DNA of 64,000 nt. It comes from Bacteroidia bacterium. GTDB lineage: Bacteria; Bacteroidota; Bacteroidia; JACCXN01. The notes under the pieces were generated by a model. The model made no database searches. It saw only the letters and a list, made by a program, of their open reading frames with translations, and had not been told where the DNA came from. Shown here piece by piece: positions 1 to 9,065 of the stretch. Position numbers and translations under genes: made by a program. Each line of letters opens with the position of its first letter. Position 1 is the stretch's first letter. Location of the stretch: NCBI GenBank assembly GCA_046299555.1, contig JBKBHS010000001.1, positions 1,056,009 to 1,120,008 of the forward strand, read 5' to 3'.

Positions 1-978
1 ATTTAGTGTTTTAACATTAAAATCGTGTTGAATTAATTCTTTAACCAGTTCTTTATCCATTATTAAGTTTACTAACGAAATATATTTTACTTTTATTAAG
101 CTTCTGGCAATGTAATAAGATATAGTACCTCCTGTATAACAGACAACTTCAGGAATATTAAATAAGGCTGTTTCAAGTGTGGCTGTGCCGGATGTAACTA
201 ATGCCGCTTTAGATTGCTCTAATAATTCATAGGTAGCTCCCTGAATTATGGGAATTTCTTTTCCATCTAAAACCTCTTTGTAAAATTCAATTGGTATTGA
301 TGGTGCACCGGCAATAACGAATTGATAGTCTTTAAAGTTTTTTGTACATTCTGCCATAACCGGAAGCATTTTTTTAATTTCTTGTTTTCTGCTGCCGGGG
401 AGCAGAGCAATAATAGGTTTTTCAGGTAACTTGTATTTTTTACAAAAATCACTATGGTTTAATTTTTCTTTCCTATTTGAAATAGCGTCTAATAAAGGAT
501 GTCCAACAAAATAAACTTGGTAGTTATGTTTTTTGTAAAATTCTTTTTCAAAAGGCAATATGGTAAACATGGCATCTACATTACGTTTTATTTGGTGTAC
601 ACGGCTTTCTTTCCATGCCCATATTTGTGGCGAGATGTAATAAAAAACTTTAAATCCCTTTGCTTTTGCAAATTGAGCTATGCGTAAGTTAAATCCCGGA
701 TAATCCACCAATATCAATACATCGGGTTTATAAGTAAGTATGTCTTTTTTACAGAATTCAATGTTTTTAAGAATGGTTCTTAAATTAGCTACAACTTCCA
801 CAAAGCCCATAAAAGCTAAATCACGGTAGTGCTTTACAATTAGTCCGCCTTGTTGTTGCATTAAATTGCCACCCCAGCAACGAAATTCTGCATGGGCATC
901 TATTTGTTTTAAATGCTTCATTAAGTTAGATGCATGCAAATCGCCTGAGGCTTCACCGGCTATTATATAATAACGCAT
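1..978 (-). CDS. lpxB: Lipid-A-disaccharide synthase LpxB, 3' end runs off the window start. Start codon at 978.
   Basis: Reverse-strand translation from 978 reads MRYYIIAGEASGDLHASNLMKHLKQ...LLPGSRKQEIKKMLP...GTATLETALFNIPEVVCY, which are typical LpxB motifs. The frame stays open to position 1 and is absent from the ORF track only because it is edge-truncated. Confidence 0.75.
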   Translation of the reverse strand, partial: MRYYIIAGEASGDLHASNLMKHLKQIDAHAEFRCWGGNLMQQQGGLIVKHYRDLAFMGFVEVVANLRTILKNIEFCKKDILTYKPDVLILVDYPGFNLRIAQFAKAKGFKVFYYISPQIWAWKESRVHQIKRNVDAMFTILPFEKEFYKKHNYQVYFVGHPLLDAISNRKEKLNHSDFCKKYKLPEKPIIALLPGSRKQEIKKMLPVMAECTKNFKDYQFVIAGAPSIPIEFYKEVLDGKEIPIIQGATYELLEQSKAALVTSGTATLETALFNIPEVVCYTGGTISYYIARSLIKVKYISLVNLIMDKELVKELIQHDFNVKTLN

Positions 979-980
979 TT

Positions 981-1271
981 TTAACTGAGTTTGTAAGCAA
1001 ATACAATTATTGCATAAATTAATGTTGCAAAAATTATTCCTCGTGCAGCATAATATTTTTCTAATTGTATAAAGAGAAAAAATAATCCAAGATTAATAAT
1101 CGTACATAAACTAAATAGGGGAATAAGCGCATTATGTTCCATGTATTTTGAAAGAAATCCAATAAAACTGATATGAGTATAATTTATAAGATAGAATATT
1201 GTTAAAACAATTATTGGACTTATTATGCCCAGTAAAGTTCCTATCCACATTTTATCTAATTTGTCTAACAT
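981..1271 (-). CDS. Small hydrophobic membrane protein (96 aa), function unknown
   Basis: ORF predicted to span three helices, tightly packed between surE and lpxB on the same strand. No recognisable motif. Confidence 0.35.
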   Translation of the reverse strand: MLDKLDKMWIGTLLGIISPIIVLTIFYLINYTHISFIGFLSKYMEHNALIPLFSLCTIINLGLFFLFIQLEKYYAARGIIFATLIYAIIVFAYKLS

Positions 1272-1351
1272 TTGTTTTATTTATTTAGTCGTTAGGTACT
1301 AGCCAATAGCCATTAGTTAATTTCAAAATCATAAATCGTAATTCATAAATC

Positions 1352-2119
1352 TTAAATTTTTAGTTTCCAGCTTTCTATAGTTTTTAAATGCTGATGTGCT
1401 GTCATGTCAAAATGTATTGGAACCACAGAAACGTAATTGTGTGCTAATGCCCATTCGTCTGTATCATTCCCCTTATCGTAATTATTTAAACTTCCGGTTA
1501 ACCAATAGTATTTTCTTCCATAAGGATCGGTGCGCTCATCAAAATCTTCATCCCAATAAGCTTTTGCTCCGCGACACACTTTAATGCCATTTATTAAATC
1601 TAATTCAATAGCCGGTATATTTACATTCAAACAGGTATGCTCAGGCATTTTTTGAGTTAATACATTTTCTACAATTTTATGTACAACATGTTTAGCGGCA
1701 GTAAAATCAGCTTCAATGGAATGGTCGCATAATGAAAACCCGATGGAAGGAATATTTTCTAATGCCCCTTCAACGGCAGCCGACATGGTACCGGAATAAA
1801 TCACACTAATAGATGAATTAGAACCATGATTAATGCCTGAAACTAATAAATCCGGTTTTTTAGGCAATAGTTTTTTAATGGCAAGCTTTACACAATCTAC
1901 GGGAGTTCCGGATGTACTATATTCTGGAAAGTTTAAATCATTTTTGTGTTTTTGTACTCTTAGTGTTGAGTTTAATGTAATGGCATGTCCCATACCTGAT
2001 TGCGGTTTATCGGGAGCAACTACAAAAATTTCTCCAAGTGGATAAACCGCTTCAATCAAAGCTCTAATTCCCGGTGCATTAATACCATCATCATTAGTAA
2101 TTAAAATTAATGGCTTCAT
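1352..2119 (-). CDS. surE: 5'/3'-nucleotidase SurE
   Basis: N-terminus MKPLILITNDDGINAPGIRAL and the GINHGSN motif are characteristic of the SurE family. It lies directly upstream of lpxB as in many Bacteroidota. Confidence 0.85.
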   Translation of the reverse strand: MKPLILITNDDGINAPGIRALIEAVYPLGEIFVVAPDKPQSGMGHAITLNSTLRVQKHKNDLNFPEYSTSGTPVDCVKLAIKKLLPKKPDLLVSGINHGSNSSISVIYSGTMSAAVEGALENIPSIGFSLCDHSIEADFTAAKHVVHKIVENVLTQKMPEHTCLNVNIPAIELDLINGIKVCRGAKAYWDEDFDERTDPYGRKYYWLTGSLNNYDKGNDTDEWALAHNYVSVVPIHFDMTAHQHLKTIESWKLKI

Positions 2120-2196
2120 TGAATTAAAATAATTTGTTTATAAAAATATCTATAAAAAGATAGTGTAGGATGAGTTAGATAGGGTAATAAATTAAC

Positions 2197-2225
2197 AAAG
2201 GCGTTTCATAATGAAACGCCTTTGT
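2197..2225 (-). terminator. Rho-independent terminator downstream of the hsp20 gene
   Basis: Perfect hairpin caaaggcgtttcat-aa-tgaaacgcctttg followed by a T-rich tract on the minus strand. Confidence 0.4.
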
Positions 2226-2254
2226 TATCAATAGTTTTAAGATAAAATACAGAA

Positions 2255-2713
2255 TTAATTAACAGTTATTTGTTTTACGTTATTTTTAACTTCTTTGATT
2301 TTTGGAAGTCTAAGATTTAAAATTCCATTTTCATAATTAGCTGAAATTTCATCCTCATTTATGTTTTCAGGCAAATTAAATGAACGAGAAAAACTTTGAT
2401 GAGTAAATTCTCTTCGACTGTAATTTTTTTCTTCTGTTGAGCTATTTTCGCTAACTTCACCGGATACTGTTATAACATTATTTTCAATATTTATTTTAAT
2501 ATTTTCTTTTTTAAATCCGGGAATTGAAAATTCTAAGTTAAAAGCTTCATTATCTTCACTAATATTTACAGCAGGAACTCTAAAATATCTGTCATTGAAA
2601 AAGAAATCATCAATTAAAGATTTCATTTCAGGAAATAAGCTGTATGGTTTTAAAATTGAATTGTTGTTGTTTACTTTAACTAGTGTCATATGAACCTCCT
2701 TTTTTGTTTTCAA
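2255..2713 (-). CDS. Hsp20/alpha-crystallin family small heat-shock protein
   Basis: Alpha-crystallin domain signature (...FSIPGFKKENIKINIENNVITVSGEV...REFTHQSFSRSFNLPENI...ANYENGILNLRLPK). Confidence 0.8.
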   Translation of the reverse strand: MKTKKEVHMTLVKVNNNNSILKPYSLFPEMKSLIDDFFFNDRYFRVPAVNISEDNEAFNLEFSIPGFKKENIKINIENNVITVSGEVSENSSTEEKNYSRREFTHQSFSRSFNLPENINEDEISANYENGILNLRLPKIKEVKNNVKQITVN

Positions 2714-2887
2714 AGAGGTATTTTCAAATTAAGTACCATTTTAAAAAAATGAAGATTAAATGAAAAAATGACATTTAGTTAAATTTAAAAAAGCCATTTT
2801 GGCTTTAGTTTGTTAAATAATATGAAAAATATTCATGCTTTTAAATTGGAATAACATTTGATTTAACTTTGCAAAAAATTAAAAACT

Positions 2888-3571
2888 ATGATGCTTTATT
2901 TAATTTTCGGTTTCTTTATGATATTAAGTTGGTTAATTGGTAGCCAACTTAAAAGAAGATTTGAAGAATATTCTCAAATTCCAAACAGCGCAGGACTTAG
3001 CGGCAAAGAAATTGCCGAAAAAATGTTGCGCGATAATGGAATTTATGATGTGCAAGTAATATCGGTTGAAGGACAGTTAACAGATCATTACAATCCACAA
3101 AAGAAAACAGTAAACTTAAGCCCTGAAGTGTTTTATGGCAGAAGTGTAGCTGCTGCAGCAGTTGCAGCTCATGAAGTTGGTCATGCTGTACAACATGCGC
3201 AAGCTTACATGTGGTTGCAAATGCGTTCTACTTTAGTTCCAATTGTTAGTGTTGCATCACAATGGATGCAATGGGTTTTATTGGCGGGAATAATTTTCTT
3301 TAATACTTTTCCTGAATTATTATTAATTGGAATTATAATGTTTGCTTCAACTACCTTATTTAGTATAATTACATTACCTGTTGAATTTGATGCAACAGCT
3401 CGCGGTTTAGCATGGATTAATAGAGCAGGAATAACAAGAGGAATTGAACATGAAAAAGCTAAAGATGCTTTAAAATGGGCTGCATTAACTTATGTTATAG
3501 CTGCTTTATCGTCTTTGGCTACTTTAATGTATTACATTATGATATATTTGGGTGGAAACAGAAGAGATTAA
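2888..3571 (+). CDS. YugP-like membrane zinc metallopeptidase (putative neutral Zn metallopeptidase family)
   Basis: HEVGHAVQH (HExxH) motif between an N-terminal and C-terminal transmembrane helices. Size of about 227 aa is typical of the YugP family. Confidence 0.7.
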   Translation: MMLYLIFGFFMILSWLIGSQLKRRFEEYSQIPNSAGLSGKEIAEKMLRDNGIYDVQVISVEGQLTDHYNPQKKTVNLSPEVFYGRSVAAAAVAAHEVGHAVQHAQAYMWLQMRSTLVPIVSVASQWMQWVLLAGIIFFNTFPELLLIGIIMFASTTLFSIITLPVEFDATARGLAWINRAGITRGIEHEKAKDALKWAALTYVIAALSSLATLMYYIMIYLGGNRRD

Positions 3572-3593
3572 TTTTTTTAATTGTTTAGCTACT

Positions 3594-3620
3594 AAAAATC
3601 CCGCTTATGCGGGATTTTTA
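3594..3620 (+). terminator. Rho-independent terminator after the metallopeptidase gene
   Basis: aaaaatcccgc-ttat-gcgggattttt hairpin with T-run. Confidence 0.5.
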
Positions 3621-3639
3621 GTTTAGATTTGTTGCTAAA

Positions 3640-4335
3640 ATGAAACTTACTGAAGCGGATATAATTTTTGAAGATAACCATCTGATAGCGGTGAATAAAA
3701 AGCCCTCGCAAATTGTTCAGGGCGATAAAACCGGTGATAAGCCTTTGAGTGAACTGGTGAAAGATTTTTTAAAAGAAAAATACAATAAGCCAGGTAATGT
3801 ATTTACAGGCGTGGTACATCGCTTAGACAGACCTGTGAGTGGAGTAGTGGTTTTTGCCAAAACAAGTAAAGCATTAAGCCGATTAAATGAACTTTTTAAA
3901 ACGCGTGCTGTTACTAAAACATATTGGGCAGTGGTAAAAAACAAGCCACCACAAAATGAAGGCCATTTAGTACATTACATGATTAAAAACGAAGCTAAAA
4001 ATATGTCGAAAGCTTTTAAAGAACCACGTCAAGGAGCTTTAAAAGCAGAATTGGATTACAAAATATTAGCTTCGTCAGATAATTATCATTTGCTGGAAGT
4101 TACTCCTTTAACCGGAAGGCATCACCAAATTAGAGTTCAATTATCATCCATAGGATGTCCGATAAAAGGCGATTTAAAATATGGATTCGATAGAAGTAAT
4201 AAAGATGCTTCAATACTTTTACATGCTCGTAAATTAAGTTTTATTCATCCCATTAAAAACGAACAAGTAGAAATTATTGCTACTCCACCGGATGAAGCAT
4301 TGTGGAATTTTTTTACCCAACAAGTTTCTGAATAA
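3640..4335 (+). CDS. RluA-family RNA pseudouridine synthase
   Basis: HRLDRPVSGVVVFAKTSKA catalytic Asp motif typical of RluA/RluD enzymes. Confidence 0.75.
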   Translation: MKLTEADIIFEDNHLIAVNKKPSQIVQGDKTGDKPLSELVKDFLKEKYNKPGNVFTGVVHRLDRPVSGVVVFAKTSKALSRLNELFKTRAVTKTYWAVVKNKPPQNEGHLVHYMIKNEAKNMSKAFKEPRQGALKAELDYKILASSDNYHLLEVTPLTGRHHQIRVQLSSIGCPIKGDLKYGFDRSNKDASILLHARKLSFIHPIKNEQVEIIATPPDEALWNFFTQQVSE

Positions 4336-5952
4336 ATGGCAATATCTCACCAAACAATAGCGCTTAGCGAAACAGGTTTATTTTCAAAACTGTTTACAGA
4401 TTATCTCAATAATTCACCAAAACTGAATGAATTTGTCGCGTTTGAAAATTCATTAGAAGGATTTAAAAAAGCAATAGAATCAAGAGTAAATTTTTCGGTT
4501 GACAGATCTGTTTTAACAGAAACGCTAATTAATCAATATCAAAAAAATAAACTTCTTTCAGATAAAGTAAAATCAACTATTGACTTGCTGAAAGATGAAA
4601 ATACGTTTACTGTTTGTACAGGTCACCAATTGTGTTTGTTTACCGGTCCGCTTTATTTTATTTATAAAATAGTTACAACCATAAATCTTGCTAAGCAGTT
4701 AAATGCAGCATTTCCGGATAAAAATTTTGTTCCTGTATATTGGATGGCGAGTGAAGATCATGATTTTGCTGAAATAAATCATTTGCATGTTTTTGGTAAA
4801 AGGGTAGAATGGACAAAATCAGAACATACCGGTGAAGAACCAGTTGGAGCACTTTCCAATAAAGGATTAGAAGAGGTGCTTTCAGCTTTGGCTTTATTTT
4901 GGGGAACAACTGAAAAAGCAGATGAGTTAAAACAATTATTTGAAAAAGCGTATCTGCAAACATCTAATTTGGCAGAAGCAACCAGATTACTGGTACATGA
5001 AATTTTTAAAGAAACAGATTTGCTGATTATTGAGCCGGATGATGCTAAGTTAAAAACACTTTTTGTTTCCTATATGCAACAAGATATTTTAGAACATACG
5101 GCATATAAAAAAGTAAATGAAAGTATAGAGAAATTAGAAAGTGCAGGCTACAAATCGCAGGTGCATCCCAGAGAAATTAATTTATTTTATTTCGATAATA
5201 AAAAACGAAAACGTATTGTAAAAAATCCGGATGATACTTTTCAGTTACATAATTCAGAAAAGCGATTTAGCAAAGATGATTTAATAAATGAGTTAAAAAA
5301 ACACCCTGAAAAGTTTAGCCCTAATGTAACCTTACGCCCTCTATATCAGCAGATAATTTTACCAAATTTGGCTTATGTTGGAGGCCCCGGAGAGTTGGCA
5401 TATTGGTTGGAGTATAAATCGTTTTTTGAAGCTGCAAAAGTTTTTTATCCTGTTTTAACACCTCGTAATTTTGCAACAGTTTTAGATGTACGAACACAAC
5501 AATTAATTGAAAAAACTAATATCAGTATTGGTTTACTTTTTGCTTCAGAAGATGAAAAAGTAAAATATTTTATTCAGCATGCTACCGAATTGCCCGATAC
5601 AGAAAGTATTAAAAAAGAAATTGAAAAAAGCTTTTCTATATTAATTCACGAAACGGAGAAAACAGATGTAACATTAAAACCTTTTGTAGAAGCAGAAATG
5701 CAAAAGGCATTCAAATCGGTTGATGCCATTAGGCATAAGCTGGAGCGTGCTCAAAAACAAAAGAATGAGAATTCCATAAATCAGATTAAAAAGTTACATG
5801 AAAAAATTTTTCCAAATGGAACCTTGCAAGAACGATACGAAAATTTTTCATCAATGTATTTAAGTGAAGGAGAAGATTTTTTTAATTATTTACTCACTAA
5901 TTTTGATGCTTTTTCAAAAGAAATGTATTTACTAAAACTTAATACCAATTAA
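4336..5952 (+). CDS. bshC: Bacillithiol biosynthesis cysteine-adding enzyme BshC
   Basis: 538 aa. The conserved TGHQLCLFTGPLYFIYKIVTTINLAKQL block matches the BshC GQQ.GL.GGPLYT.YKI signature. The C-terminal coiled-coil region is also present. Confidence 0.7.
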   Translation: MAISHQTIALSETGLFSKLFTDYLNNSPKLNEFVAFENSLEGFKKAIESRVNFSVDRSVLTETLINQYQKNKLLSDKVKSTIDLLKDENTFTVCTGHQLCLFTGPLYFIYKIVTTINLAKQLNAAFPDKNFVPVYWMASEDHDFAEINHLHVFGKRVEWTKSEHTGEEPVGALSNKGLEEVLSALALFWGTTEKADELKQLFEKAYLQTSNLAEATRLLVHEIFKETDLLIIEPDDAKLKTLFVSYMQQDILEHTAYKKVNESIEKLESAGYKSQVHPREINLFYFDNKKRKRIVKNPDDTFQLHNSEKRFSKDDLINELKKHPEKFSPNVTLRPLYQQIILPNLAYVGGPGELAYWLEYKSFFEAAKVFYPVLTPRNFATVLDVRTQQLIEKTNISIGLLFASEDEKVKYFIQHATELPDTESIKKEIEKSFSILIHETEKTDVTLKPFVEAEMQKAFKSVDAIRHKLERAQKQKNENSINQIKKLHEKIFPNGTLQERYENFSSMYLSEGEDFFNYLLTNFDAFSKEMYLLKLNTN

Positions 5953-6828
5953 ACATACATCATCCACTTGTTCTTCATTTCCTTTCCATTTATTAAATAC
6001 ATGTAGTATCATTTCTTTTTGTTTATCCATAGTTAACTTAGAAACAGATAAAAGCAATTCTTTTAGTCGTCTTCTGTTAAATTTTTTATTCTGCGGTCCA
6101 CCAAATTGATCGGATAATCCATCAGAAAGTAAATAGATGATATCGTTTTTTTGAATATTTATAAAATGAGAAATAAAATTTCTTTCGCTTTCTATTTGCC
6201 ATCCTGCAACCGGAAATTTATTCCCTTCGTATTCAAAAAAGTTTTCATTTCTAACTAAATATAAATTTTGCATGGCACCTGAAAATTCTAACATATTTGT
6301 TTTGTTGTTGTAACAACAAATTGAAATATCCATCCAATCGTTGTTAAAACGCTCTTCTTGTGCCATGTGAAAGGAGTCAATTACTTTTTGATCTAACTCT
6401 GTAATAATTTCTTTACAGGATAAAATGTTTTTTCCGTGTACAATGTAATTAAGTAAACTATGTCCAAGTACAGAAAGCAATGCACCGGGTACACCATGCC
6501 CTGTGCAATCTCCTAATATTACATAAGATAGCTCTTCAACTTTAGTAACCCAATAAAAATCTCCGCCAATAAAATCTTTCGGTTGATAGATATAAAATGA
6601 TTCTTTAAATGCTCTATCGAAATGTCTTTGTTTAGGTAAAATAGCTTGGTGAATTAATCGCGCATATTGAATGGAATCAACAATTTCTTTGTTTTTATTA
6701 TTTAAATCGTTGTTGGCGCGTTTTAAATCTTCATTTGTTTTTAGTAAATCATCTATTATAAAATTTAATTCAACATCGTTGTTTAAACGTTGATTGTAGG
6801 AAGTGTTTTGATAAATTTCAGTTGGCAT
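5932..6828 (-). CDS. PP2C/SpoIIE-family protein serine/threonine phosphatase with N-terminal coiled coil
   Basis: GDCTGHGVPGALLSVLGHSLL and DGLSDQFGG motifs of RsbU/SpoIIE phosphatases. The 3' end overlaps the convergent bshC by 21 bp. Confidence 0.7.
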   Translation of the reverse strand: MPTEIYQNTSYNQRLNNDVELNFIIDDLLKTNEDLKRANNDLNNKNKEIVDSIQYARLIHQAILPKQRHFDRAFKESFYIYQPKDFIGGDFYWVTKVEELSYVILGDCTGHGVPGALLSVLGHSLLNYIVHGKNILSCKEIITELDQKVIDSFHMAQEERFNNDWMDISICCYNNKTNMLEFSGAMQNLYLVRNENFFEYEGNKFPVAGWQIESERNFISHFINIQKNDIIYLLSDGLSDQFGGPQNKKFNRRRLKELLLSVSKLTMDKQKEMILHVFNKWKGNEEQVDDVCLIGIKF

Positions 6829-6897
6829 TTTACACGGGGTTTGTGCAAAATTAAAATTGCATTTTTTCCTAAAGGCTAAGTAGTTGTTAAGATTTCT

Positions 6898-7323
6898 TTA
6901 GCTGTTTGAATAGAGCCCCATTTTATTCCCTTCAGAATCTAGAAAATATGCAAAGTAACCGGTATTGTTATCAATTAAAGTTTTAGCAATATAAACTTTG
7001 CCGTCTTCAGTAGAGTTTTTAATCAATGTTTTTTTTAATAAAACTTTACCACCATTTTGTTCTACTCGTTGTAAAATGTCATCCATTCCACTATCGGCAT
7101 TAAAAAATAATATTCCTCCTAAATTGTTTTCAGGAAAGTCTTTTACTTCTACCAGTGCACCAGTTATTTCAAAATTATTTTCGCTGGTGTTTTTAAATAT
7201 GGCATGGGGAACACCTCTGAATTCTTCGTATATAAAATCTACCCGTAACACTTTGGTATAAAATTTTACTGCGCGTTTAAAGTCTTTTACAGGAATTTCG
7301 AACCAGCGTATGAGTTTGGCCAT
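6898..7323 (-). CDS. VOC (glyoxalase/bleomycin-resistance fold) family protein
   Basis: 141 aa. N-terminal beta-alpha-beta-beta-beta module pattern (WFEIPVKDFKRAVKFYTKVL). Confidence 0.45.
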   Translation of the reverse strand: MAKLIRWFEIPVKDFKRAVKFYTKVLRVDFIYEEFRGVPHAIFKNTSENNFEITGALVEVKDFPENNLGGILFFNADSGMDDILQRVEQNGGKVLLKKTLIKNSTEDGKVYIAKTLIDNNTGYFAYFLDSEGNKMGLYSNS

Positions 7324-7338
7324 AGGTGGAAAAGAAGA

Positions 7339-9060
7339 TTATTTGTTTACAACAAATTTAAAAGATTTTTGAAAATTTGAATTTCTAACACTTGCAAAAT
7401 AAATTCCATTTTCAAGCGAGTATGCAATCTCAATTTTTTCTTCTTTGTTATCAGTATTGATGTTTTTCATTAATATTAATCTTCCTCTTAAATCATATAT
7501 TTCAATTGTTGTATTATATAGCGATTCATTGCTGCTTATATGCAAATAACTGTCATAGTAATATAAGCCTGATAAAGCATTGTCTTCAAAAGTAAGCGCT
7601 TTTATTTCAGAATAGGAATACGTGCCATCAAAATCAACTTGTTTTAAACGATAGTAATTAACTCCTTTTTTAGGTTCATAGTCTGTAATTAGATAATTTA
7701 TGGTTTGATTACTATTACCGGCTCCTTTTATTTTGCTTATCTCTTCAAATATTTCCCCGTCAATTGAACGTTCCACTATAAAATAATCATTATTGGTTTC
7801 AGTTTGAGTAGTCCAATAGATATGGCTTTTATTGATTTCTTTTTTTACATGAAAGTTGGTTAATTGGATAGGGAGGGGATTCGTTACACAATTTACAGTA
7901 ACATAATTTGTTGTATTGTATGCTCTACCTCTTGCAGAATTATAAGAATTGCCATTTAAATCATCTGTTTTATATCTGTAAGCATATACTCTATAACAAA
8001 AGGTACTGCTTGTATTTGCTCCAAAATCAGTATAAGAAATTGTACTAGTTCCCGGGTTATCGATATTAGCTAATACAGTACCTCCTCCTGTTATTGCATC
8101 ACCAATATTATATGTAGTTCCATCTTGAGGAGTACCAAATATTCCTGTACTACTTCTAACAATCATATAACCTTGAGTTGAGTCAGTATGTACGGGGTCG
8201 GTTGCGCTATTCCATGTAAATGTAAGAGCTACGGTAGGATATGTTGTGGCTGTTGTAGCTGTAACAGTTTGCGATGTAAAAACAGGTTCACGCAATTGAT
8301 TAATAAAGTTTGTATTGTCATTAGGAGCTGAACCACATGTATTGGGCAGTCCGAAAGTAATAGTAGTATTATTTTTTGATGTGTAAGCATTCCCGGTTCC
8401 TGGTCCATTATAATCAGAAATAATTCCACCTGGACAAACATATATTGCATCTCCACTACTTGCAATATTTGCATGATTAAGTTTTGGTGATGGTAAATTA
8501 ATCCAGTCTGTTCCTGGTGTTGATAAATGACCTAATGCATGAATATGTGTTCCACTAGCATTTCTAAGTTGAATGATTTCTCCTGAACCGGCAATATTTA
8601 ATGTGTTTCCAGCCCAAGTTGGGCTTGTACCAAATGCTCCTCCATTAAAATATGTAGTATTTTGTGCATTAATTTGAATGTATCCATCAGCTTTAGAAAT
8701 ATCTTCCGGGTTATTAACTCCAGACGAATTTATAATTCTATGCCAAATAATAATTATTGTACCAGCACGCATATTATTCCAAAATGCGATGTTGTTAAAT
8801 GTAATTGGAGTTTGCCAACTTGTTTGTGACGAATTATTATCTCTTAATGTCCACTCTCTCATATCTACATTGTCATCTATTACTAATAATTCTGTCCACT
8901 CATCTCTTGGATCTGCAGCATTAAAATAACTGTTTATAACTACACTTTGAGCATTTACAGTGTTAGTTAGTAGTATCATTATCAATAAAAATAATATTAC
9001 TGAAAATAATACTAACAATCGTTTTTGTAAATCCTGAATGGTTTTAATATTCTTAAACAT
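7339..9060 (-). CDS. Secreted T9SS type-A (Por_Secre_tail) cargo protein with lamin-tail-like N-domain and fibronectin-III-like middle region
   Basis: Signal peptide. The C-terminal ~80 aa (...YRLKQVDFDGTYSYSEIKAL...NGIYFASVRNSNFQKSFKFVVNK) fit the T9SS type-A sorting domain. The N-domain (VVINSYFNAADPRDEWTELLVIDDN...) resembles LTD domains. Confidence 0.6.
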   Translation of the reverse strand: MFKNIKTIQDLQKRLLVLFSVILFLLIMILLTNTVNAQSVVINSYFNAADPRDEWTELLVIDDNVDMREWTLRDNNSSQTSWQTPITFNNIAFWNNMRAGTIIIIWHRIINSSGVNNPEDISKADGYIQINAQNTTYFNGGAFGTSPTWAGNTLNIAGSGEIIQLRNASGTHIHALGHLSTPGTDWINLPSPKLNHANIASSGDAIYVCPGGIISDYNGPGTGNAYTSKNNTTITFGLPNTCGSAPNDNTNFINQLREPVFTSQTVTATTATTYPTVALTFTWNSATDPVHTDSTQGYMIVRSSTGIFGTPQDGTTYNIGDAITGGGTVLANIDNPGTSTISYTDFGANTSSTFCYRVYAYRYKTDDLNGNSYNSARGRAYNTTNYVTVNCVTNPLPIQLTNFHVKKEINKSHIYWTTQTETNNDYFIVERSIDGEIFEEISKIKGAGNSNQTINYLITDYEPKKGVNYYRLKQVDFDGTYSYSEIKALTFEDNALSGLYYYDSYLHISSNESLYNTTIEIYDLRGRLILMKNINTDNKEEKIEIAYSLENGIYFASVRNSNFQKSFKFVVNK

Positions 9061-9065
9061 AATTT

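Noticed and set aside
1396-2045. Track ORFs 1396-1584(+) and 1833-2045(+)
   Set aside because: They lie antisense inside surE and have low-complexity, Cys/Leu-rich translations. They are spurious.
3717-4963. Track ORFs 3717-3944(-) and 4691-4963(-)
   Set aside because: They are antisense within the RluA and bshC coding regions. No motifs, so they are spurious.
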